Assembly (NCBI RefSeq): GCF_035084215.1
Contig: NC_090342.1
Coordinates: forward strand, 41,230,001 to 41,294,000
DNA length: 64,000 nucleotides
From: Heptranchias perlo
Lineage: Eukaryota
Reading direction: 5' to 3'
Shown one piece after another: positions 1 to 14,600 of this stretch. Each line of letters begins with the position of its first letter. Position 1 is the first letter of the stretch. Made by a program: the position numbers and the translations under genes. A model generated the notes under the pieces. That model was not told where the DNA came from. It ran no database searches and was given only the letters and a program-made list of their open reading frames with translations.

Positions 1-700
1 GCTGAGAGACTAGTAAATGTTGGTACTCAGAGGGATTTGGGTGTCCTTGTACACGAATCACAGAAAGTTAACATGCAGGTTCTGCAAGCAATTCGGAAAG
101 CAAATGATACGTTAGCCTTTGGGGGTTGGAGTACAAGAGTAAGGAGGTCTTTCTGCAATTATATAGAACTTTGGTGAGGCCACATTTGGATAACTGTGTA
201 CAGTTTTGGTCTCCTTACCTAAGGAAGGATATACTTACCTTAGAGGGGGTGCAACGAAGGTTCACTAGATTAATTCCAGGAATGAGAGCATTGTCCAATG
301 AAGACAGATTGAGTAGAATTGGCTTATATTCTCTGGCGTTTAGAAAAATGAGAGATGAGCTCACTGAAAGTATAGGTGCTGAGAGGCAGTTTCCCCTGGC
401 TGGATAATCTAGAACAAGGGGTCATAATCTCAGGATAAGGGGTCAGCCATTTAGGACTGAGACGAGGAAAAATTTCTTCACTCAGAGGGTTATGAATCTT
501 TGGAATTCTCTACCCAAGAGGGCTGTGGATGCTCAGTCATTGAGTGTATTCAAAACTGAGATTTTTGAACACTAAGGATATGGGGATAGGGCAGGGAAGT
601 GGAGTTGAGGTAGAAGATCAGCCATGATCTTATTGAATGGTGGAGCAGGCTCGAGGAGCCGTGTGTCCTACTCCTGCTCCTATTTCTTATATTCTTATGC
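1..700 (+). mobile_element. CR1 LINE 3' fragment
   Basis: ORF 126..407 LYRTLVRPHL.C.QFWSP..RKD...LE.VQRRFTR, followed by the family 3' UTR ending in TTCTTATG-like repeats. Confidence 0.88.
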
Positions 701-1694
701 TCACTAAGGTGCAGCAAGATCGTTGCAATATGTCGGCTAATCACATAGTTGCTCTTATAAACTAATTGGACCCTTCCCTTCCATAACTGAATGAGTAAAA
801 GTTACTGAATGGTAAGGCACTAAACAACAGAGAACAGAAGAGTTTCAGGTTTGATTAGTGATCTGTGCTGGGTTCGCTGATCTCAACTAGAACTGAAGCA
901 GTGCAGCATTACAGTTGTCCTGAGTGGGGAGGGAAGGAGAGGGAATGGTCAAAGTTCTCACTCCAGACCATTTTCCAGTGACCTTCTGCTTGACATGGTC
1001 AAGTTAGACCGTGATGCTCCCACCTCCCCAACTCTCCCACCGCTGATCATCTAAAACCTTTTCCTCAAATCACAAGAAGTTCCCAATCAAGATCACATGA
1101 CAAATTGGGCCTTTACGGCCACAAACTTATTCTCTAACTCTTCTATTCAGTAAATAATATCGCCCATTTGTATTATGCTAATTGTCTATTTGTTTAATGG
1201 GTTAGTTAGAATGTAACGGATAAGGGCCAATTTTAGCTTTCATCAGTTGCAGAAAACCGGCAGAAGTGTGTTAGCATTATAGTCAATGGAGAGGAAAGCT
1301 GGCCGGGCTGTGCAACGGGCAGCCGGCCGGTCCACAATCGCCACTTTCCGCTATCGTCCCTATAACGTCTAACTATCAAGATTTTAATCACAAAACTATT
1401 AGATCTTTTAAAAGTTTATTTCCATTCAGCTAGTGTACTTCACTTAAGCTACTTTAGCTAGGTATGATAGTCTTGTGGTTATGGTGCTGGATTAGCAACC
1501 TAGAGGGCTAGAGTTCAAATCCCACTATGGCAACTTGTGAAAATGCACTTACTAAATCTGGCAATTTGTGATCAAATCAAGGTTTTCAAAATTATGAGGA
1601 AGGTAAATAGTGAAAGACTATTTCTACTGGTTGATGAATCGGTAAGAAGGGGGCATAGATTGGGGATTATTACCAGAAGAGGAAAGTAGCACAA

Positions 1695-2732
1695 ATGAAG
1701 ATGGTAGTGGTTGTTGGAGGCCAATCATCTCAGCCCCAGGAGTTCCTCAGGGCACTATCCTAGGCCCAACCATCTTCAGCTGCTTCATCAATGACCTTCC
1801 CTCCAGCATAAGGTCAGAAATGGGGATGTTCGCTGATGATTGCACAGTGTTCAGTTCCATTCGCAACCCCTCAGATAATGAAGCAGTCCGTGCCCGCATG
1901 CAGCAAGACCTGGACAACATCCAGGCTTGGGCTCATAAGTGGCAAGTAACATTCGCGCCAGATAAGTGCCAGGCAATGAACATCTCCAACAAGAGAGATT
2001 CTAACCACCTCCCCTTGACATTCAACGGCATTACCATCGCCGAATCCCCCACCATCAACATCTTGGGGGTCACCATTGACCAGAAACTTAACTGGACCAG
2101 CCATATAAATACTGTGGCTACAAGAGCAGGTCAGAGGCTGGGTATTCTGTGGCGAGTGACTCACCTCCCGACTCCCCAAAGCCTTTCCACCATCTACAAG
2201 GCACAAGTCAGGAGTGTGATGGAATACTCTCCACTTGCCTGGATGAGTGCAGCTCCAACAACACTCAAGCTCGACACCATCCAGGACAAAGCAGCCCGCT
2301 TGATTGGCACCCCATCCACCACCATAAACATTCACTCCCTTCACCACCGGCACACTGTGGCTGCAGTGTGTACCATCCACAGGATGCACTGCAGCAACTC
2401 GCCAAGGCTTCTTCGACAGCACCTCCCAAACCCGCGACCTCTACCACCTAGAAGGGCAAGAGCAGCAGGCACATGGGAACACCACCACCTGCACGGTCCC
2501 CTCCAAGTCACACGCCACCCCGACTTGGAAATATATCGCCGTTCCTTCATCGTCGCTGGGTCAAAATCCTGGAACTCCCTTCCTAACAGCACTGTGGGAG
2601 AACCTTCACCACACGGACTGCAGCGGTTCAAGAAGGCGGCTCACCACCACCTTCTCAAGGGCAATTAGGGATGGGCAATAAATGCTGGCCTCGCCAGCGA
2701 TGCCCAGATCCCATGAACGAATAAAGAAAAAA
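1695..2732 (+). mobile_element. 5'-truncated CR1/L2-group LINE (second family), RT C-terminus
   Basis: QG..LGP..F...INDL then FADD (ORF 1820..2668); A-rich tail; closely similar copies at 19885 and 36071. Confidence 0.88.
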
Positions 2733-3122
2733 GAATATTTTCTTCCCACACAAAGGATTATCAGAATATGGAATAATTTATCACAAGTTGATGTCAAGAC
2801 TGGTCCCGAGTCAGAGACTGTAACACCATTTCAAAGGGAATTAGGTAGGTATTGGAAAAGGAGGACCATAAAATGATGCAGAGAAAGGACAAGTTAATGG
2901 GATGATAATAGAGCTCTAGTTGAAAACCCAGCACTGGCAGAATAGGCTGAATGATGTCCTTCTGTGCTATTCTATGAAAGAATGACTGACCTGAAAAGTG
3001 ACTCACTGTATTTGATCCTCTACTTTAGAAATTGTGCATCACCACATTTTATTCAATATGTTTGTTGCAAGTCATAGAGTGTTAATTCAGAAATTCAGTT
3101 TAAAACCCATTTGGGAATTTAC

Positions 3123-3184
3123 CTTCTTAACAACACTGAGCTTATCAGGTGCATGGTCGAACAGTGTATCAAATGCATCCCGTT
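3123..3184 (-). CDS. PARVB: Beta-parvin exon 9 (entry to CH2); remaining exons lie left of the window
   Basis: tttcag|AA CGG GAT GCA...AAG AAG|gtaaa; 62 nt; (E)RDAFDTLFDHAPDKLSVVKK. Confidence 0.96.
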
Positions 3185-4943
3185 CTGAAATAATAAATGA
3201 AAATGTAATTCAGATATTCTAACAACAGCCATTCAGAAACTTCACTCCAATTTCCTCAGCATTTACTCCCTCACTAGGATCTGGTATCGAACCTAAGTGC
3301 CATTAGTCACGAGTGACCTTGAAAGTGAGAGCTGGAAGCTAAAATCTTTCTTGACCTGGCACCTTGTGCATTTTTAACAAGGGTTGCTGTATGGTGATCA
3401 GGAGCCTGGAACTCTTGCAACTTCCCCCACCCCAACCCGGGGCAATGCAGCCAATTTTAAAAAGACCCCACACTGGCCCAGCTAAGGTAAGACTGGGAAT
3501 CAAACCTGGGATCTCCTTGGCTTGTATGGCTCAGAGGTGGAGATTTAACCTCTACGCAACTCCGGGAGTTGCGAAATGGGAATTTCTAATCACAAAATAT
3601 TGGATGAATGACCCATTATTATATCGCACAGCAAGTTCCCGATCTGAGCTGCACCATTAGGAGAAGATGCAGAGTGGAGGTTGCCCTCTGATAAAAAGAG
3701 AAAACATATGACCAGCTCATCCAGTGGTAGCAAAATTCCATTTCATTCCTTTTAGTAATAGTATCTCTGGACCTTTAAAAACAGAGGACTGAGAACTATA
3801 TGTTAATGACAAAATTCTGTCACATTTCTATCTTTAAAATACCCAAGATACTAGTGATAGCAAGCAATGCATACACCTATGCTGTATGCTTTGCGCAGCA
3901 GGCTCGAAGGGCCGATTGGCCTACTCCTGCTCCTATTTCTTATGTTCTTATGTATGCGGTAAAAAAAAAAGTAACTCTCGCACAGGCAGACAGTGAAGGA
4001 CTTCAAATCAATTTGACTGCCCTTCTTCTCCACTCCTTCGGGGGGTGATGATTCATACTGGGGTATAGTTGCACAGGTACTGGCATCCCTTCGGTATCTC
4101 ACCCTAATAACTCTTCAGGTGTGAATCTAGACAGCGAGCATTTGCAAGCTACGTGACCATGAAGAGTAAGGGAGAAGAGCCTGCTCCTGTCGTCACCGAG
4201 TCCATATACATGCAGTTTCCAGCAGGGGTCGCTAAATAGCAATCCGGAGTGGGAACCCTGGCTGAGGGCTGCTACGGCCAATTGCAGCAATCACACTACT
4301 GCCCCAAATGAGATCAACTAATGCGGCACAACTAAAGGGATGAAAGCCCCATGTGGCTCAGTACCACAATACCCATTGCATTTCCCCCCTGTGCTATCCT
4401 TTTGTTCAGTAAGTGATTTTAAAATGGAAAAAGATTATAATTAAATGAATCTAAACCTTAACAAAAGTGAAAACTCCAAAATTGAAAAAAAGCAATCTTT
4501 AGAGTATCAAAAGCACCATGCGTATTGCAAGAGGCCTGGTAACTGAACTCTATGACCTCATTATGGTCTGGCTTGTATTCAGCTTGTGGTACATTCTTCA
4601 TGGATATTCTATACATGCTTAAATTGTGCTACTAGGCTTTGGTAGCATCATACAATGTCTCCATGACACACCTCTAGTCTGGCTTGTTCCTGCAGCAAGA
4701 TTATGCAAGCTTCTTTAAGGAGTTCCACCTGTCACCCTAGCGAGGATTCCTCATCTAGTTCTTTGATTTGAGTGTTAGTGTACATCTAGTCTCAAACCCC
4801 AAAAAAGTATGAAAGGACTGCCTTCCCAGTAAGGGTACAATGTCACTATGCACTAACAATCAATAGAACAAATAAAACTATTTGGGCTCTTTTAGTTTTT
4901 GGTGCAACAAATAGATTGCAAACTCATTTAGTTTTTTACTTAC

Positions 4944-4963
4944 CGAACCTCCCCATCATCATC
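4944..4963 (-). CDS. PARVB: Beta-parvin exon 8 (20-nt microexon)
   Basis: ttgcag|G ATG ATG ATG GGG AGG TTC G|gtaagt; MMMGRF; bridges the phase-2 end of exon 7 to the phase-1 start of exon 9. Confidence 0.92.
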
Positions 4964-7441
4964 CTGCAATGCAGAATACAACAGACCAGTTAAGAATTTG
5001 AACCGAATAAACAAATCATTAGATCAACTCTCATTCATACCAGGATTCTGGCTTTGTTCTTCTTTTGTGTAATAAACTTTGCAAAAGACCACTCAATAAA
5101 TAGAATCTTTTCATTGGTAGATTTTTAAAGATTCCCAAGTAGACAGATCTAACGTATAGTATTATAGTATTTTTATAATATTTGGCAAACACTATTACAC
5201 AGAAAATAAATCACAATTGGAAGAGTGGTTCCAGTTGTAACAAACTCAAGGAGTTTAGATGAGATCATTAACCTCTGGAACAAAACTAGAATTCTGTATA
5301 CAGCCATCCTAACCCCAATAATGTATTATATATTGTCAGGAAGCATCTTTCTTAAAAATAACTTTTGTTTTTTTTTACTTCCCATATGTTTCTACATCAT
5401 GTGACAGGGAAAGGAACATAATGATGCTGCACCAGGGTTATTGAAGAATAGGCTTTTCTGTGAAAATTATACCGGGAAAGAGTAGATTCTGAATTTAGAG
5501 GTTTAGTGCTCCTAAATATGTAAAGGTGACTTTTCACACCCATATTCACATCTACCACTACCACAGTATAGCTGTCCCCATCACTTCCAGATCCCACATT
5601 TGAACCCAGCCCAGATTGTAGGATATTTTCTAGCTGCAAGGGCTCCAAGTATAATTAGTGTGGGCACTTCAATTCCTTGTGAGCACAGGCCACAGCACAA
5701 GACTGACCATATTTCAGTATTAGCTGGCAGTCTCACTGCAACAAACCACACAGATAGCTGGTAAGAAAATTGGAAATGTCACATAGGTGAGGCAAATATA
5801 CATTTATATTTGAAGCAGGGTGCAGGGAGCTCTACTCTGTATCAGGCATGATGTACCTGATCTGGGGATACTACATGGTTTAAGTTATATAATGGCCTGC
5901 AAGTGTCCTAGAGTGGCTCCATTTGCTTCAATCGGATCTGGGAACTCATAGAGCATCAAATCCACTCATTGGCAGTGGATAGTGTCCTTTTCTAGAGTTG
6001 GGCAGTTCTGGATTGGCTCCCAGTTCAACATGCCAACCCTTGTTAAAATGAACACAGTCACTTCAGGCAGCCAGATAACTGACATCACAGGTTGCCTGAG
6101 GAGGGAAGGATGCCCAAAACAGGAAATTTCATGACTCAGAAAATTAGATAGATTTCTGAACAGGTAAAATTAATCTTTTAATGATATCTTTTGAAGGGAG
6201 CCTGGAGGATGGGATTATACTTCAAATAAAAAGTCACTCCTCTATCACAACTTTCCTGTGACAGATCAGAGATCGGTCTCTTTTCCAATCATAATACTCT
6301 ACATTTTTTAATTTTTATGGGAATTTGTGCCTGGTCAATGTCGTGATCACTTTAATTTGTTTACTACATGGCTAGGAACAGTCAGCCCAGATGTAATGCA
6401 CATATTATCTGGACCTGGATTCCCACAATTTCCGACTCAAATCTATGTAAATAGCGTAACCCTGAGTTCCTTTTTATCTCTGATGTCTTTAATTACACTT
6501 GATGGAAAAAAAATGCATGGCCCTATTCAAGAGACAGGAGGTGAAAGCTTTCTTGCCTTACTGTTTATACGAGAATGTGAGACAAGATAGTCTGCAACAA
6601 ACAAGCTACGCTGTTTGATTTGGCCATTAATTTGTTAGCGTATAAAGGACCAACAGGTTCACGTGCTCTCTATCCAGATCATGTAACTGCTTAAAAACTT
6701 GATCAAGCTGCCAGAAGGAGACAGTGTTAACAGTTATGGATTGCTGAGCCAGGGGTCTGTTGCAGCAGGCGTTTTGAGCTAGCATATTTGATGCTGGTGT
6801 TGATTGACAGCCCATTCACAGCCTACCTGATGGAGAAATAAATACTGAAGCTTTTTCCCAGTTTGTCAATTGCCTTACTGCTGTAAAATTATTAATTCTT
6901 TTAAACCTTTGCAAAACAAGCATTGGTCCAAAGCAAAAGTATTCTACCGAGAACACTCAGAATTTTCAGAAGTTCTATATCAGATTTTGGAAGTTAAGTG
7001 ATCCACTATGATTTGTGCATTTGCTGTTTGACTTTTGCTTCTAACTTTAGCTCTTAATAAACCTGTTTCACAATTTTAGCCTGAGATATACAGTCTGTAT
7101 TATCTATCCCTCAAAGAGGATCATAGTATCGGTTTCCAATGTACATATAAACCAATGATTCAGTCAGAGCACGCTACCTCCCAGATTACTTGTTATATAA
7201 GATCACATTTTGGTTCACAGGGAACCTGGGCCCTGTCTGTGGAAATAGTAATTTGCACTGGACAGGAGAAATACAGAGAGCACCCAAATTTCCTTAAAAT
7301 GCTATTTCTTCAGTTTTGGGATGTTTTCAGTAATATAAAATGAGCCTAAATTTTAAACAAAATAAACTCTTGGGGATAATGATGAATGTTGTTTTCTTGT
7401 TCTTTCACATTTGAGACAAAAGGAACAAAAGTTCAACTTAC

Positions 7442-7500
7442 TCTGTTGTGCTGGTAAACTCTTCTGTAACATGTGATGTTTGAAGTATGCCCTCCCGCTT
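7442..7500 (-). CDS. PARVB: Beta-parvin exon 7 (linker)
   Basis: ttacag|AAG CGG GAG GGC...ACA GA|gtaagt; 59 nt; KREGILQTSHVTEEFTSTT(E). Confidence 0.93.
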
Positions 7501-8894
7501 CTGTAACCGGAAGCAAAATCAACTTAACCTTTTAGAACTGCACCACATTTCCACACCATAATTAAGTTGAAAAAGGTTTGTTCCCTTCCTCCACATATAC
7601 TATGGGGGAAGATTTTTCCTGTGTGCAGTTTGTAGTAAAATTACAAATGCAATTATACAATTTCAGTATAGTGAACAGGGGAAATCTTCCTGCGTAATTT
7701 TAAATGTTCTACGGTGCTGTACGTTTCTCCATTTACCTCTAGAACAAGAAGCGGTGTTATCCAGGAAATTATCAGGTTCAATCACATCTGCACTGAGTTA
7801 GGTGGTCACAGCATGGGAGGGTGGGTGAGGAATTAGGGGCATTACAATCCTGGGCTGGGAGGGGAAAAATAAGAGCCAAGATACCCATTCCTGATCACTA
7901 TCCAGCAACTCCTGTTGGGAGCTTGCAGGTGAGAGTATTGGGTGAGGGCAGGGTTGAGTTCAGGTGTGATGCTCCCACTGTCATATAGTTTGACAAGACT
8001 CATCGTCTTGCCTCACTGAAAAATGACACTTGGACGAAGTACCAGAGGGCACCCATGGAACTGTATCCCAGCAAGGAGCCAACAATTTGAGGTGAAAAAA
8101 TGGCAGAAAAGGAAGGGGTGGGAGCCACTTATCAGTATTAACTTCTGCCACAGGTCCTTATATTATAAACCCAGGAACCAAAATTCTGCCGTGGTAACCA
8201 ACATTCCTTCTTGTCCTGGCACAAAGTTAGCCAACAAGCTCAAATCTTGATAAGATGAACCTAATAAGAACTTCTCTGTCAGTTCACCACAAGTCTACTT
8301 TAGTAATGCTCAACCTCAGGGGTTTTTAAAAATGCCTCACAGACATTAATCTACATTTAACTTTGAAAAACTAGTTTTCTTCTTTATATAACCAAACCAC
8401 TGTATTAGTGAGTGGCTTCGTGCGAGTGAAGTAACAGGAGCAAAGTTGGAACAATTAGTGGAATTATTCAGTAAAATGCCAGTGTCAAATTATGATGACA
8501 CCCAATTACAGATTCTGCTATTCCATTCACCCCAACATGCACTTGGTGGAGGAGTGTCTTAATCCTCATCTCTTGGTTATCAGTTTGATTCTCCTTCCCC
8601 AGACCCTTCAAAAGTGTGGTGACTTGGCATTCCTACACTGGGATCCTTGGTTGTTTGTCTGTCGAAACAATAATGATATCTTCATCAAGTCATAGCTTGG
8701 GATGGTAAGTCTCCTCTCGGGAGCCCCTGTGGCTCACTTGTCCAACACGAGAGGCAGATGCGACTATCGTTAGGACAGATAAGCCAGGATGCTGCTGATT
8801 GCTGTTACCACTCAAATCCAACTGCAAAGTGAGCAAAACCCCGGACCACTTACGTGCAGATTTTCTCTCAGAAAAATTTCAAATACGAGTCTAT

Positions 8895-9185
8895 GATTCT
8901 ATGAAATTACTTTGAAGTAGAGTAACTGTTATAATGTAGGCAAACCCTGGCAGCTGCTTTGACACAAGACGTTAAACAGCAATGAGATGAATGACCAGTT
9001 AATCTGTTTCTGGCAGTGCTGGTTGAATGAGGAATGTTGGCTCGGACAGCTGTGAAACTCTCTGTTCTCTTTTACTAGTGTTGCGGGATCTTTAACAGCC
9101 ACATCAACAGGATCTTGGTCTAACCTCTCACAAGGACATTTACCTCAGACAATGCAGCACCCTTCAGTACTGCACTGGAGTGTTT
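8895..9185 (-). mobile_element. Deu-domain-type SINE remnant
   Basis: Reverse complement contains CAGTGCAGTACTGAAGGGTGCTGCATTGTC, resembling the Deu/AmnSINE core as recalled; L2-like tail. Confidence 0.5.
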
Positions 9186-11629
9186 GGTTTTCATAAACCA
9201 TCTCTGAATATCTGCGCATAACAAGGTAATAAATATTATGCTTTTTTTTAAAAACTGTGCTAAGAAACCTGTCAGCTGCTGTTCTGGTTTCTATGACTTG
9301 CAGACACCCAAAAAGGCAGGATCCCTGTAATGAAAGTTCCTAACTAACAAGTACTTCAGCAAAAACTATGCAGGCGAGGGAGCAGTTCAATGGGAAAATA
9401 TTCATCAACACTTGCACTTACTGATAGGATCACTGTCACTCTAACTGGTTTCATTGAAACTTTTTTTTTGTACTGCATGCGTTTCTTGTAATTGATGACT
9501 GATCAGAGAACCACAGATGAGAAAGATTACTGAAGTCTAAAATGAAAAAAAAAGGTTCTAAATATAGGTTTTTTCACCTTGGAGTTTTTTTCCCTCTCAA
9601 GTCTGTATATGGATTTATGGCAAAAAAATGTAAACCCTCCTGTAACTAGATTTGGGATTTAGTAACATAAATATTTCACTTTATTTCCTTCTCCTCCCCC
9701 AAAGCCAATACCTTTAAAGCCCTTCTGAATTTCCAAGAACGGATATGGGTTTTCTCTAGCCCTTATCTTCAACATAGCAGTTAGTGAGCATGTGAAACCT
9801 CACATCACTATTTACAAGCCTTATACTAAACTTGGTCTGTATGTTTTAGCTTCTGGAATACAGCATTAATTTTTTTCTGTTTCGGGGTGGGGGGGGCAGG
9901 GAGGATGACATTTATAAACTCACATAGCACTAATTTTTCAATGGCCAGTTAGCAGTTTTTATAAAAATTCTATTAAATTTTTTTTTTTTCTTGCACTATA
10001 CTCCAAATCCTTCTCTGGTTTCCTAATTAAAAGAGAATTCACCAAGAAGTACAATAATAAGACAAAACATACCAACAAACCTTTGCCAGAGAGGAAAGCT
10101 GCACTGAAAAGTCTATTAAGACTTGGATTTGCATTTGAGCCTAAAGGAATTAAACCTTAACCAGTAGTGATTTACTTTTCAAGCACTCTGGATTGGTATT
10201 CAGGACCAGGAAGGATGCAGATCCCAGCTCCCAATGTGAATGCTGCTTGCTGGCAGTACCCCCATCACTTGTCAGCAGAATGTCTATCGTCTGATCGGGA
10301 GACCATAACTAACAATCGAGGGAAATGGTCACCTTCAGCACAACCCCCCCACCCACAAAGCAAAGCACCTCTAGGGCATTTGCCAATCTGAATGAGTACT
10401 ACAAAGGCTGCAGCCAGAATTGGGAAAATACCTTGGGGAAATTACTCTTCAAAAGGAATTAAATACATCTTTAAAATAAATGAGACTCTAGGTAGAAAAA
10501 GGAAGGGCTGCAACAGATGACAAAGAATAGGTGCAAATAGTTAAAAAAAACTATGAAGCAGTGGAGATGGATGAATGAACATACAATCCTATTTGCAAGC
10601 TGCCCAGCTTCTCAACCAGGCACAGTGTGAAACAGGGAAAGGAGAAAAGAAGGTACATATCAGAAAGTTTATAAACACAATAAATTGATCAGATGGAGTT
10701 GTTCAACCAGACTCTGTGTACTTCCCAGGATGCCCCTTTCCTCAAAGGCTGTTAGCAAAAGACATACAGCTTTCTGCTTAGACGGATTACATAAAATTCC
10801 ATCAGCTTTTCTGGGACGTAAGGTGCCTGACTGGAAACAAACTGATGGAGCATAATTCAGATCTCCATTCAATAATGCTAATCACTTTTCCCTTGGTTAT
10901 ACAATGTAACAATTTTCTATGTAGAGCTAATTGCAAGCTCAGGTTTGTTTCCTATTACAGTCCCCACCACTTATATTGGGCGCGTTCACATGAACGCGAT
11001 TTGCCCATTATACGCAATGGCCAGTATAACGTGGTACCACTATATATGTTGGCATTGCTCATCAGCCTCCGCGGCTCCCTAAACGAACCTCCTTACTGCC
11101 GGACCCTAGACCTGGCTACGGACTTACTTATTTCAGTCCTTTCCCGCTTTCCCCCTTCTCCTCTGGAATTGACACCATCCAGCGCCCAAAGACCCATCTC
11201 CGTAATGCCCCAAATGAAATCAGACCAAGGTGACCTTTTCACTATCCTTTTGTTGTCACACACGAGAAGCATAGCTCAATACTAAACAGTGACAAATACT
11301 AAACAACGATGCTTCATAATCTGATTAGTAACAGGCAGGTGCTTCACCAAGGTGAAGGAATTGCATCATCGATGGGCATGGCATCGGATTAGAAACCAAT
11401 GCTTCAGTAGATATTTCTTACTTTTTTTTTGCACTGTTTAATTTTCCAGCATATTACAGATAGTGTGCTGCAAAGGAAGTATAATGTTTATCCTCTATGT
11501 AGACTGTTTTATATATACAATTGATATATATATATACACACCTTACTCATACAATCTCACAGTAAATACAGCTGTTTCTGGCCAAAATAAATGAAGCACT
11601 TAAGATGCTATAACCGACAACCATTTGCA

Positions 11630-14600
11630 TCAACAGGAGGGGAGGAATAAGAGTGGCAGGGCTATATTGATAGGGGATTCAATTGCAAGGGGAACAGATG
11701 GGTGTTTCTGCGGCAGCAAACGTGACTCCAGGATGGAATGTTGCCTTCCTGGTGCTAGGGTCAAGGATGTCATGGAGTGGCTGCAGGGCATTCTGGAGGG
11801 GGAGAGTGAACAGCCAGTAGTCGTGGTCCATATCGATACCAACGACATAGGTTAAAAAGAAGGGATGAGGTCCTGCAAGGTGAATTTAAGGAGTTAGGAG
11901 ATATATTAAAAAGCAGGTCCTCAAAGTTAATGATCTCAGGATTACTACCAGTGCCACGTACCAGTGAGTATAGGAACCGAATAGACCGGATGAATGCGTG
12001 GCTGCAGGGATGATGTAGGAGGGAGGGATTTAGATTCCTGGGACATTGGGGACCGGTTCTGGGGAAGATGGGACCTTCCCCAGAACCGGAAGCGGGACGG
12101 GCTACACCCGAGCAGGACCGGGACCGACGTCCTTGCAGGGGTGCTTGCTAGTGCTGTTAGGGAAGGTTTAAACTAGAATGGCAGGGGGATGGGAACCTGA
12201 GCAGGGAGACAGAGGAAGGGGAAACAAGGATAGAAACAAAAGACAGAAAGGGACAAAGCAATAGTGGAAGGCAGAGAAAACAAGGGTGAAAAACAAATAG
12301 GGCCATAGTGCAAAATAAAACTAAGATGACTAGCAATCTTAAAAAGACAAGTGTAAAGGCATTGTGTCTAAATGTGCGGAGCATTCGCAATAAGCTAGAT
12401 GAATTAACAGCGCAGATAGATATTAATGGTTATAATATAGTTGCGATTACGGCGACATGGCTGCAGGGTGACCAAGGATGGGAACTGAACATCCAGTGGT
12501 ATTCAATATTTAGGAAGGACAGGCAAAAAGGGAAAGGAGGTGGGGTAGCATTGTGAGTAAAGGAGGAAATCAATGCAATAGTGAGGAAGGATATTGGCTC
12601 GGAAAATCACGATGTAGAATCTGTATGGGTGGAGCTAAGAAACACCGTGGGGCAGAAAACATTGGTGGGGGTTGTCTATAGGCCCCCAAACAGTAGTGGA
12701 TATGTAGGGGAGGGCATTAAACAGGAAATTAGAGATGTGTGCAAGAAGGGTACAACTATAATCATGGGTGACTTTAATCTACATATAGATTGGTCAAACC
12801 AAATTAGCAATAATACTGTGGGGGAGGAATTCCTGGAGTGTGTATGTGATGGTTTTCTAGACCAATACTTTGAGGAACCAACTAGAGAACAGGCGATCCT
12901 AGACTGGGTATTGTGCAATGGGAAAGGATTAATTAACAATCTTGTTGTGCGAGGTCCCTTAGGGAAGAGCGACCATAACCTCATTAAGATGGAAAGTGAA
13001 GTAGTTGAATCTAAACTAGGGTCCTGAATCTAAATAAAGGAAATTACGGAAGTATGAGGTGCGAGTTGGCTATGATAGATTGGGGAACTTTACTAAAAGG
13101 GATGACGGTGGATAGGCAATGGCTAATATTTAAAAGAACGTGTGCAGGAATTACAACAATTATTCATTCCTGTCTGGCACAAAAATAAAACAGGAAAAGT
13201 GGCTCAACTGTGGCTTACAAAAGAAATTAAGGATAGTATTAGATCCAAAGAGGAGGAATATAAAATTGCCAGAAAAAGCAGCAAGCTTGAGGATTGGGAG
13301 CAGTTCAGAATTCAGCAAAGGAGGACAAAGAGATTGATTAAGAGGGGATGAATAGAGTATGAGAGTAAACTAGCAGGGAACATAAAAACTGACTGTAAAA
13401 GCTTCTATAAATATGTCATGAGAAAAAGATTAGTGAAGACAAATGTAGGTCCCTTACAGTCAGAAATGGGGGAAATTATAATGAGGAACAAAGAAATGGC
13501 AGAACAATTAAACACATACTTTGGTTCTGTCTTCACAAAGGAGGACACAAATAACCTGCCAGAAATGTTAGGGAACCAAGGGTCTAGTGAGAGGGAGGAA
13601 CTGAAGGAAACCAGTATTAGTAACAAAAACAGTGCTAGAGAAATTAATGGGGCTAAAGGCTGACAAATCCCCAGGGCCTGATAATCTACATCCCAGAGTA
13701 TTAAAGTAAGTGGCCCTGGGAATAGTGGATGCATTGGTGACCATCTTCCAAAATTCTACAGACTCTGGAACAGTTCCTACAGATTGGAGGGTGGCAAATG
13801 TCACCCCACTATTTAAAAAAGGGAGAGAAAAAAACAGGGAATTACAGTTCAGTTAGCCTAACATCAGTAGTGGGGAAAATGCTAGAGTCTATTATAAAAG
13901 ATGTGATAATAAAACACTTAGAAGGCATTAATGGGATTGGACAAAGTCAGCATGGGTTTATGAAAGGGAAATCATGATTAACAAATCTACTGGAGTTTTT
14001 TGAGGATGTAACTAGTAGAATAGATAGGGGAGAACCAGTGGATGTGGTGTATTTGGATTTTCAGAAGGCTTTTGATAAGGTCCCACACAAGAGGTTAGTG
14101 TGCAAAATTAAAGCACATGAGATTGGGGTGGTGGGGGGGGGGGGGAATATACTGGCATGGATTGAGAATTGGTTGACAGACAGGAAGCAGAGAGTGGGAA
14201 TAAACGGGTCTTTTTCCGGGTGGCAGGAATGACTAGTGGGGTACCGCAGAGATCAGTGCTTGGGCCCCAGATAGTCACAATATATATCAATGATTTGGAT
14301 GAGGGATCTAAATGTAACATTTCCAAGTTTGCAGACGACACAAATCTGGGGTGGAATGTGAGCTTTGAGGAGGATGCAAAGAAGCTCCAATGTGATTTAG
14401 ACAAGTTGGGTGAGTGGGCAAGAACATGGCAGATGGAGTATAACGTGGATAAATGTGAGGTTATCCAGTTTGGTTGTAAAAACAGAAAGGCAGACTATTA
14501 TCTGAATGGTGATAGATTGGAAAAAGGGGAGGTGCAACAAGACCCGGGTGTCCTTGTATACCAGTCGCTGAAAGCGAGCATTCAGGTGCAGCAAGCAGTG

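Noticed and set aside
1871-2422. Recurrent antisense ORF (also 35943..36545) as a conserved gene
   Set aside because: Antisense frame of the same LINE family; recurrence reflects repeat copies
7607-7690. Short inverted repeat GGAAGATTTTTCCTGT / ACAGGGGAAATCTTCC near exon 7
   Set aside because: Only ~16 bp and imperfect; probably a decayed mini-MITE
10845-11285. 146-aa ORF and other short intronic ORFs such as 40735..41154
   Set aside because: No recognisable domain or splice support; consistent with chance ORFs
11625-11855. Host GDSL/SGNH esterase gene
   Set aside because: It is CR1 ORF1, directly upstream of APE and RT and interrupted by stops
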